A stretch of DNA of 28,874 nucleotides from a virus (taxonomy: Duplodnaviria > Caudoviricetes), in IMG/VR virus record IMGVR_UViG_3300017909_000609, positions 1-28,874 of that record. One strand, 5' to 3'. Positions 8,808-14,695 of this stretch are shown one piece after another; the first letter of the stretch is position 1, and each line of letters opens with the position of its first letter. Under the pieces are notes generated by a model, which saw nothing but the letters and a program-made list of their open reading frames with translations, did no database searches and had not been told where the DNA came from. Position numbers and translations under genes: made by a program.

Positions 8808-9758
8808 TTACGCTGCAAGTGACTTGGATGCAAGTCGAACAGAGTCGGTACGCTTGGCCTTGATTGCTAGGATGCTACCTTCAGCAGTCTTTCTAGCAGC
8901 AGGGGCGTGTGTACTCCAGTGAGTCATAGCATTGTACGCTGCCCAATGAGTAGATCCAAGTGTCTTCTGCTCATCAGTAGTGTACTGGTTCCACATGTAC
9001 TGTAGCGCACGATTGCGGTACACCTCTGGCTCCTCCATCAACTCAGTGACAGACATGTTAGGCTTGGACAGTACAAACTTGCACTTAGCTGCGATGGCGA
9101 ACACGTTAAATGCCTCGCGGTTGGTGATGCTGTTCTGAGTCCAGTGCTTCCAACGATCAGCCTCATGCTGGTAACTATTGAGAGCAGCAGCAAGCTTACG
9201 CTGGGCATGTTCAGTACTCATACTGATAGTGTGCTTCGCCTTGTACATGCTGAAGTTATCCACAAAGACCTGACCATTAGTGCATACCATACGAACCGCG
9301 CCTATCTGTAGAGTGACTGCCCAACCACCATCAAAGGATGTCCTACCGTTGATCTGGAATCGGCTCTCGTCACCCTTTGCAGTCTCTATGGTATACTCAG
9401 GAAGAGTGATTGTAATAGTACCCTTGCCTCCTTCTGGTGTCATCATAGAGTCAACATAGGCACCCTTACAGTTGATGCCTGATGCCTTGCAGATGTTAAC
9501 CATAGCCCTGTATAAGTCACCATACTGTGCACCCTTGAAGTTGTAACTAGGCTTAACCACATTAATTGGTGGCTCATCAGTACCTGCTACATGTAAACCT
9601 CTACGGTTAGGATCAGCAACATTAAAGCCATCACTGTTGGTATATAACATAGGTCTTGACTCTATTATAGTATCAACAATACTAGGTGGAACTAAGTTAT
9701 CAAGAGGATGAGACTCAGTAACTGTATTGTTAAATATGTTAAATACATTTGTATTCAT
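8808..9758 (-). CDS. DUF932-family protein
   Basis: RTSFDGGWAV...GAVRMVCTNG...KHT and TLGSTHWAAYNAMTHWSTH motifs; start set at MNTNVF (ATG 9758, SD AAGGA). Confidence 0.8.
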   Translation of the reverse strand: MNTNVFNIFNNTVTESHPLDNLVPPSIVDTIIESRPMLYTNSDGFNVADPNRRGLHVAGTDEPPINVVKPSYNFKGAQYGDLYRAMVNICKASGINCKGAYVDSMMTPEGGKGTITITLPEYTIETAKGDESRFQINGRTSFDGGWAVTLQIGAVRMVCTNGQVFVDNFSMYKAKHTISMSTEHAQRKLAAALNSYQHEADRWKHWTQNSITNREAFNVFAIAAKCKFVLSKPNMSVTELMEEPEVYRNRALQYMWNQYTTDEQKTLGSTHWAAYNAMTHWSTHAPAARKTAEGSILAIKAKRTDSVRLASKSLAA

Positions 9759-9815
9759 TATTTTTCCTTGGTTATAAAATATATAGTAAACTAGCTGTTT
9801 CAATATGTTAAATAG

Positions 9816-9824
9816 ATTATAGCA
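9816..9824 (-). promoter_or_regulatory. Extended -10 sigma70 promoter driving the DUF932-replication operon
   Basis: Minus strand TGcTATAAT in an AT-rich intergenic gap; no clear -35. Confidence 0.6.
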
Positions 9825-9868
9825 TACAACCTTGGTAGGTGTTGCTGATTAAATTGTAACAAATTGTT

Positions 9869-10102
9869 TCATTTTTCTGAGTATCTTCGACACCTCCTTA
9901 TCACAGCCATCACACTAACCCTAGATACATTAAGCTCTAACATGATGTCGGTTATGGATGATCCAGTGCCATACATTGTTGCTATCTTGATTGTTCTTTC
10001 AGATGGTTTTTTTCTCCAACCAACAGGCCAGTACCTGTCAGGATACAGTTTGTTTATGTTGTCTTGAGACTTGATTGCTTTGTAGAATCTTTCATCAGTC
10101 AT
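9869..10102 (-). CDS. Small protein with a C-terminal helix-turn-helix
   Basis: SITDIMLELNVSRVSVMAVIRR matches an HTH pattern; SD GGAGATGAGGTGG. Confidence 0.6.
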   Translation of the reverse strand: MTDERFYKAIKSQDNINKLYPDRYWPVGWRKKPSERTIKIATMYGTGSSITDIMLELNVSRVSVMAVIRRCRRYSEK

Positions 10103-10555
10103 TTATCTTTTCCACCTCATCTCCATCTTAGTTGGTTTGTAATTAAAATAATATTCTGTGTACCCAGCCAGAGCAGTCTCTCGCTTGCACTCATCAGGCA
10201 TACACTGGGGAGGATCTGACCACTCGACATCAGGTATGCTGCTAGGAGCGAACAGGAGAAGAATATGGCACTTTTCCCATGACATGTGTACCTTACCATA
10301 CCTCTTGGTGTACTCCTCTGAGAGGGCGTGAAAATGCCTGTAAAGCCAATAGTAATGCTTACTATTAGACCGCACCCATACAGTGCTTGGGTGATTCTTA
10401 TGGGCAAGACGGTAAGGAACAGGGGCACCACCTTCAAGCACATGATGTGCAGCACACAACATCTGTGCAGACTCCAACACCATCTTGACCACATGCTTGT
10501 CACACTGCATAGACGCGGCCTTCAGAGGGCAGGGGTCAATATAAAATATATTCAT
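10103..10555 (-). CDS. Pyrimidine-dimer DNA glycosylase / endonuclease V-like protein
   Basis: MNIFYID...CDKHVVKMVLESAQML...HKNHPSTVWVR...EYTKRYGKVH...PPQCMPD; start at ATG 10555 (ATGA overlap). Confidence 0.8.
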   Translation of the reverse strand: MNIFYIDPCPLKAASMQCDKHVVKMVLESAQMLCAAHHVLEGGAPVPYRLAHKNHPSTVWVRSNSKHYYWLYRHFHALSEEYTKRYGKVHMSWEKCHILLLFAPSSIPDVEWSDPPQCMPDECKRETALAGYTEYYFNYKPTKMEMRWKR

Positions 10556-10836
10556 ACTGACATACCTACCCTGACCTTTTCCCACACAACATCGCTTCTA
10601 AGACCCCTTAAAGCATTAGCGGCATCTACTAGCCTCTCACGCTTCAGGCCTTTAGACTTTGTAATCTCGTCCTCAAAAGCATTGATCTCCTTTGATAGGA
10701 CACCACGAATCTCTTGCGTCACAAGATTCCTTAAGTGTGCTTTAAACTCTTCTGAACTACTAGCGTTCAGTAGCAGAGCCTCTCTACTCTCAGAATGGAT
10801 CACAAAATGATCCACAAATAAATCTATATTATCCAT
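10552..10836 (-). CDS. Hypothetical protein (94 aa)
   Basis: ORF directly downstream of a pseudoknot copy; coupled to the next gene. Confidence 0.7.
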   Translation of the reverse strand: MDNIDLFVDHFVIHSESREALLLNASSSEEFKAHLRNLVTQEIRGVLSKEINAFEDEITKSKGLKRERLVDAANALRGLRSDVVWEKVRVGMSV

Positions 10837-10867
10837 ATCAGTCTTCCATTACCGGGGGTTTTATTAA

Positions 10868-10897
10868 GTGAGCAGTTTGTCCACATGCTCAGGTGGC
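10868..10897 (-). ncRNA. Small H-type pseudoknot motif, copy 1
   Basis: gCCAC-cUGAGCAu-GUGG-acAAAC-UGCUCAc. Confidence 0.7.
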
Positions 10898-10906
10898 AGG
10901 AGAGTC

Positions 10907-11164
10907 CTACTCAACAGCGATACCGAAGTCGCTATCTTTATCATGGAACACAGTGATCTCGTGATCTGAAGTACCATACTTGAAATTAATCAAGTGCAGT
11001 ATCTCACTTACCTGAGACTTACTAGCGTTTACCTTCTCTGCGATAGCCAGTAAATGCTCATCTGTAAGATGCACAGGGTCTGACTTCCTACAAACTTTAA
11101 TATCAGTCCAACCTTTTTCTAAGTCACGACTGATTACTGCCTTTCTTGCTCTATGGATATTCAT
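10907..11164 (-). CDS. Hypothetical protein (85 aa)
   Basis: TAATG coupling to the upstream ORF. Confidence 0.7.
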   Translation of the reverse strand: MNIHRARKAVISRDLEKGWTDIKVCRKSDPVHLTDEHLLAIAEKVNASKSQVSEILHLINFKYGTSDHEITVFHDKDSDFGIAVE

Positions 11165-11388
11165 TATTTAATGTCCTTGATTACTTGAATACATACACCA
11201 TCGGCAACACTGTACGACTTGTACGTACCCTTGCCTAGATAGATATGCGCTGATGCTCTTGCTCTAACTGCATGTTCTTTAGGAACAATGAACCAATCAC
11301 CTTGCTGCATGCCAGAGAAGAGTCCCTTCCAGCGTGAACGTCCAGTGGTAGGAGCAGGAGCAGATTGCACTTTATAGTAAGTAGCCAT
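11164..11388 (-). CDS. Hypothetical protein (74 aa)
   Basis: SD GAGG; P-x-P...RW..LFSGMQQGDWF pattern typical of small phage proteins. Confidence 0.7.
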   Translation of the reverse strand: MATYYKVQSAPAPTTGRSRWKGLFSGMQQGDWFIVPKEHAVRARASAHIYLGKGTYKSYSVADGVCIQVIKDIK

Positions 11389-11410
11389 AGTTTTTTTCCT
11401 CGTTTAAGGT

Positions 11411-11440
11411 GTGAGCAGTTTGACATCATGCTCAGGATGC
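11411..11440 (-). ncRNA. Small H-type pseudoknot motif, copy 2
   Basis: GCAUC-cUGAGCAu-GAUGU-cAAAC-UGCUCAc. Confidence 0.7.
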
Positions 11441-11486
11441 GAGGGGTTTGGGTCATCAGCATAGGCCCTCGCTACCTATACTGATG
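11439..11486 (-). ncRNA. Larger H-type pseudoknot abutting copy 2
   Basis: 12-bp stem CAUCAGUAUAGG/CCUAUGCUGAUG; loop GCGAGGG pairs with downstream CCCUCGC. Confidence 0.55.
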
Positions 11487-11489
11487 TAG

Positions 11490-12107
11490 TTAACTGATTA
11501 AAAAGTCGTAGTGAACTTGGGACACATGGTCTCCATCTATCCAATGTTTGGGTTGCTTCTTAGCGATAAGACCACACCAGCTATTCCATAGCCAAGAGCA
11601 TCTACGCTTTCTGCAAGCATCTACATATGTCTCTATCTTCTTGCGCTGAGACTCTGGCTTGAGCTTCTTGCTAAACTTCAGAGCAGACTCTGGAATGTCT
11701 AAGCGTCTAAGATTGTGAATGTCGATACATCCGACACGCCCAGCGAATAGCTGACAACAGAACCCAGCCTTAGCCAGTCCCAGTCCATCAACCCTAATAA
11801 ATATCTGCATCAGCCTGATGTCTAGCTCCCTGCCTTTGCAATGTGCAAGAGCGTCCATAGCGTCGGCATAAAGGCTGTCTGCGTTAATGTCCAGCCATGC
11901 CAGAGTGTTTGCCTTGTTACCCCAAACAAATCTAGATTCTGATCCTAGCTGCTTATAATCTTGCATCTGATCCCCAACCTTCCACCAAGGCTGTTGGATA
12001 GATAGCACCACCATCATCACCATGTTCTTTGTATGCTCTGCTGACTTCTGAGCATATTGATTGATCAACGGGTTGTGCTTCTTGAAACTGCTCATCATAT
12101 CTCCCAA
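11490..12107 (-). CDS. HhH-GPD-superfamily DNA glycosylase/AP lyase-like protein; start probably ATG 12098 or 12095
   Basis: Helix-hairpin-helix VDGLGLAKAGF followed by the conserved Asp in GCIDIHNLRR. Confidence 0.65.
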   Translation of the reverse strand: MGDMMSSFKKHNPLINQYAQKSAEHTKNMVMMVVLSIQQPWWKVGDQMQDYKQLGSESRFVWGNKANTLAWLDINADSLYADAMDALAHCKGRELDIRLMQIFIRVDGLGLAKAGFCCQLFAGRVGCIDIHNLRRLDIPESALKFSKKLKPESQRKKIETYVDACRKRRCSWLWNSWCGLIAKKQPKHWIDGDHVSQVHYDFLIS

Positions 12108-12283
12108 ATAACTACTACTGGTAAACCTATTCCTGTAACGACTAGGAACGGCCCGACGAATGAGAATACATCATGTAATGGTAGCTCCATTGCGTAATAG
12201 GCCCACGTTGACCAAACACCTGCCCAGATCAGGACTATGCTTGTGATTATTGAAAATAATATCAGTACGAATTGCGTAAACAT
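12095..12283 (-). CDS. Small membrane protein with two hydrophobic segments
   Basis: FVLILFSIITSIVLIWAGVW and FVGPFLVVTGIGLPVVVIW; SD GAGG. Confidence 0.65.
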   Translation of the reverse strand: MFTQFVLILFSIITSIVLIWAGVWSTWAYYAMELPLHDVFSFVGPFLVVTGIGLPVVVIWEI

Positions 12284-12387
12284 CTCAGTCTAAACCTCGC
12301 TTCTTTCATATAACACTTGATGCAAAGTAGCATCCCCTCGTCTTTCACCTGTGCATCTGCACCACAGTCCATGCATTTAGCCGACAT
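12262..12387 (-). CDS. 41-aa zinc-finger-like microprotein
   Basis: SD GGAGG; MSAKCMDCGADAQVKDEGMLLCIKCYMKEARFRLRCLRNSY* (CxxC-x13-CxxC); not in the ORF track. Confidence 0.65.
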   Translation of the reverse strand: MSAKCMDCGADAQVKDEGMLLCIKCYMKEARFRLRCLRNSY

Positions 12388-12547
12388 AGTTCCTCCATTC
12401 AATTCTACGGACTCGCTCCTGCTCACACTCTTTGAATAGGTTACGTGATTTTAATTTTATACACCTGTTACTCACCTCAAGCAACTGGCTGTCTGATATT
12501 TTGCGGAGGTTCTGCACAGCCTCCCAGTAATCATGTGATGTCATCAT
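12377..12547 (-). CDS. Hypothetical protein (56 aa)
   Basis: SD GAGGAG; MMTSHDYWEAVQNLRKISDSQLLEVSNRCIKLKSRNLFKECEQERVRRIEWRNYVG*; not in the ORF track. Confidence 0.6.
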   Translation of the reverse strand: MMTSHDYWEAVQNLRKISDSQLLEVSNRCIKLKSRNLFKECEQERVRRIEWRNYVG

Positions 12548-12552
12548 GCTAT

Positions 12553-12747
12553 CTATTCTCCTCTTGCGTCTATTGTCACCGTCACTTCATGCTCTTGATC
12601 AGCGTATGCCTGAGCGCACTGCCAAGCAAAAGCCTGTGCGTCATCTGCACTTCTATTGTGAGCAATCTCGACAGGCCCCCAGTCATCAAGCCTTCTGAAG
12701 ACTGACCAAGCACCGTCTTTTCTCGTTATTTTTATTTGCACATTCAT
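12553..12747 (-). CDS. Hypothetical early protein
   Basis: Start MNVQIK at 12747 with SD GAGGGT. Confidence 0.65.
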   Translation of the reverse strand: MNVQIKITRKDGAWSVFRRLDDWGPVEIAHNRSADDAQAFAWQCAQAYADQEHEVTVTIDARGE

Positions 12748-12764
12748 GCATTTACCCTCGTTAT

Positions 12765-12941
12765 TTAAAGCCAACCATAAACATTTGCTCCACGCTCAAC
12801 ACCTAGTTTTTCTAGGGCATCGTTGATAATGGACTCCCTCACAATCACCTTGCCATCCGGTAACACCTTACCGTAGGCCAAGCGATATATTTTGCCCCGA
12901 TCAGAATAGACCGTGACCAAAACTAATTTTTTATCTGACAT
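12765..12941 (-). CDS. Hypothetical early protein
   Basis: Start MSDKKLV at 12941 with SD GGAGGTG. Confidence 0.7.
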   Translation of the reverse strand: MSDKKLVLVTVYSDRGKIYRLAYGKVLPDGKVIVRESIINDALEKLGVERGANVYGWL

Positions 12942-12969
12942 CTCACCTCCAAATTTAAGGCACAAAAAA

Positions 12970-12998
12970 TGAGCAGTTTAACGCCATGCTCAGGGCGC
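12970..12998 (-). ncRNA. Small H-type pseudoknot motif, copy 3
   Basis: GCGCC-cUGAGCAu-GGCGU-uAAAC-UGCUCA. Confidence 0.7.
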
Positions 12999-13002
12999 TG
13001 TA

Positions 13003-13031
13003 GGGCAGTTTTACATCGTACCCGTAGGATG
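13003..13031 (-). ncRNA. Small H-type pseudoknot motif, copy 4 (variant)
   Basis: CAUC-cuacGGGUAc-GAUG-uaAAAC-UGCCC; stem 2 changed to GGGUA/UGCCC. Confidence 0.6.
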
Positions 13032-13070
13032 GTTCCCAGTGGAGGAGAGGGCCACTGGTATTGAAAAGGC

Positions 13071-13183
13071 GAGGCATGGCGGGGATCGAACCCGCATCTT
13101 CAGGCCATCTTTTTTGATATGCACAACACTATCTAATCAAGACGGGTTGTACCCTGACGCATTGCTCTAAATGCTACATGCCT
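13071..13183 (-). ncRNA. tRNA-like RNA with a 48-nt insert in place of the anticodon loop
   Basis: Acceptor AGGCAUG/CAUGCCU, U8A9, D stem GCAU/AUGC, anticodon stem UCAGG/CCUGA, variable AGAU, T stem GCGGG/CCCGC, T loop UUCGAUC; no encoded CCA. Confidence 0.75.
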
Positions 13184-13227
13184 ATAAAAGTTTACCCTTT
13201 ACAATGCCACGTTGGTTGTGGTTGTGG

Positions 13228-13716
13228 CTATGCTTGTTGAGCTTCTAAGTCTGCAATTGTGGATCTCAACACTGCCTCAATCCTATCATTTGCAGATGAT
13301 ACCTTGGCTCTTCCTTCCTCTTTGGCTTTGTCCAGTGAGGAAAGCAGCGCCTTGGCTTTTAGGATCAAGTCTAGGTCTGGCTTTGCTATGCCTTCTTTGT
13401 TGAAGTCGAACCAGTCGGACTCAATTGGCTTGGTCTCAATAGCGCCCTTGCCAATTTTCTTGACAGTAAAGCCTTTGTTGTTTTCTGCTGGTGTAAATTT
13501 CACATTGGCGTGTGCCTTAATGAAATCCTTTAGCGTGTTACTGCGGACACTACGCATAGTGACGCTGGCATTGACCAGCATTTCAATGCGCGAAGTGTCA
13601 CCGTGTTGCGCGAATGTATCGACTGCCGAAATTGTCAGTGCTTGAATGTTTCCGCGAAGTGTCGCCTCGGATTTAACAACCGTGGCAAGTTTGGTTTTGA
13701 ATGTTTTTAATTCCAT
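13228..13716 (-). CDS. First early protein (162 aa), hypothetical
   Basis: Start MELKTF at 13716 with SD GAGGGT. The IQ...HGDTS...L pattern resembles early proteins of T7-like phages (recalled, not searched). The ORF-track extension to 13956 has no SD. Confidence 0.75.
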   Translation of the reverse strand: MELKTFKTKLATVVKSEATLRGNIQALTISAVDTFAQHGDTSRIEMLVNASVTMRSVRSNTLKDFIKAHANVKFTPAENNKGFTVKKIGKGAIETKPIESDWFDFNKEGIAKPDLDLILKAKALLSSLDKAKEEGRAKVSSANDRIEAVLRSTIADLEAQQA

Positions 13717-13767
13717 TTGATACCCTCGATAAATAAAAAAAATTAAAACGTGACATTGTAAAAAGCA

Positions 13768-14112
13768 AACAAAAAGCCCGTAGACATTGCCAGCACCAAC
13801 AATAGGCGCGAACAATACCCGACGGGCTTTTGTTATTGGGTTGTATTTTGCGCAGCGCTTCAGCAGTACGCTTTCCATATTTGCCGAGGCAGTGATAGGG
13901 CTACCCCAAGACCAGTAAACGCAGCACAACACTGCCGGGGATTGAGTCACGCGCATCCATCGCGTAGCCGTAGCCTTTGACCCTTCACCAGACCCGTCAC
14001 CTACTCACGCGCTAAAGGGCAGTACCCCAACTAAACGCCGCACTTTTGTCCATCTGGCTATTCGATGGGGTGGGTCTCTTGATCCATGAGCCGAGGCACC
14101 CGCTACCGACAA
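13768..14112 (-). ncRNA. Candidate structured leader or ncRNA ending in a long imperfect hairpin plus U-rich tract
   Basis: GC-rich segment between promoter and first gene with several nested helices (see findings). Confidence 0.45.
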
Positions 14113-14117
14113 GACAC

Positions 14118-14145
14118 ACATTAGCAAATGGGGCGGGTAAATCAA
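14118..14145 (-). promoter_or_regulatory. Putative early sigma70 promoter
   Basis: TTGATT-N16-TAATGT with a TG extended -10 element. Confidence 0.5.
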
Positions 14146-14154
14146 TCTAACTTA

Positions 14155-14192
14155 TGGAGTGAGAGTGGAGATATAATGGAGATAAAATGGAG
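14155..14192. repeat. Four TGGAG repeats at exact 11-bp period
   Basis: TGGAG at 14155, 14166, 14177 and 14188. Confidence 0.8.
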
Positions 14193-14201
14193 AAGTAGAG
14201 T

Positions 14202-14255
14202 TGGCGGCAGCCTTGCAAGAACCGTGCCAACTATTACCATGCAACTAACATGCCA
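14202..14255 (-). promoter_or_regulatory. sigma54 (-24/-12) consensus sites
   Basis: Minus TGGCACGGTTCTTGCA (14214-14229) and TGGCATGTTAGTTGCA (14240-14255); plus TGGCGGCAGCCTTGCA (14202-14217). Confidence 0.65.
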
Positions 14256-14275
14256 AGTCAAAAACTAAGGGGAAA

Positions 14276-14291
14276 CTGTATGTATATACAG
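14276..14291. promoter_or_regulatory. LexA (SOS) box, gamma/betaproteobacterial type
   Basis: aCTGTATGTATATACAGta matches CTGT-N8-ACAG with an AT-rich spacer. Confidence 0.7.
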
Positions 14292-14399
14292 TATGCTGAG
14301 GCTTTCTATTTTGCCTTGTGTCGAATTGGAACAGTAGGGAATAGCCTAGTACCAGAAAAAAGATCGGGCCGTGTAGGGCAATTCTGGGCCTCTTAGGAT

Positions 14400-14450
14400 G
14401 TGGATGGATATACAGTGTTGGTGCTGTATAGGCACTGTATGGATATATAG
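14400..14450. promoter_or_regulatory. Two imperfect LexA-like boxes
   Basis: GTGG-ATGGATAT-ACAG (14400-14415) and CTGT-ATGGATAT-ATAG (14435-14450). Confidence 0.45.
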
Positions 14451-14476
14451 GTAAGGTGTTGAATATGGGGAATATT

Positions 14477-14492
14477 TGCAATATTTATGCCA
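14477..14492 (-). promoter_or_regulatory. sigma54 (-24/-12) consensus site
   Basis: Minus TGGCATAAATATTGCA. Confidence 0.55.
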
Positions 14493-14568
14493 ACAATTTC
14501 ACATATTCTAAACCTTCACAATATTGTAAATATTTTTCCTATTTGGAATAGGTGACGAAGCGAGGCTA

Positions 14569-14693
14569 AATGAGAATCATTTGCAATTGAGAAATATTGT
14601 CAAATGGGAAAATATTTTAAATAAGAAACAATGCCATTTGCTATTGAGAATCATTGGGAATTGAGAAATATTGTTAAATGGGAATCATTCTCA
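14569..14693. repeat. Array of about seven 17-bp Fur-box-like units
   Basis: Units start at 14569, 14586, 14603, 14620, 14643, 14660 and 14677, e.g. AATGAGAATCATTTGCA and AATGGGAATCATTCTCA. Confidence 0.7.
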
Positions 14694-14695
14694 AT

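Noticed and set aside
11446-11465. Hammerhead ribozyme (CUGAUGA on the minus strand)
   Set aside because: No GAAA core or stem II follows, and the CUGAUG is sequestered in the 12-bp stem.
10868-13031. preQ1-I or SAM-II riboswitch identity for the small pseudoknots
   Set aside because: Similar topology, but the ligand-binding consensus nucleotides are not evident and the downstream genes are unrelated.
13071-13183. tmRNA or functional tRNA-Cys(ACA) with an intron
   Set aside because: No G3-U70 pair, a D stem is present and there is no tag ORF. G32, the missing D-loop GG and the C discriminator do not fit tRNA-Cys, and the insert is too short for self-splicing.
13717-13956. N-terminal extension of the first early ORF to 242 aa
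   Set aside because: No SD at 13956, the sequence crosses hairpins and U tracts, and a good SD precedes ATG 13716.
14245-14481. 78-aa ORF in the non-coding region
   Set aside because: No SD, atypical composition, and it overlaps the motif arrays.
14569-14693. CRISPR array (given a Cas4-like gene in the window)
   Set aside because: Units are degenerate, tandem and lack unique spacers; stand-alone Cas4-like nucleases are common phage replication genes.
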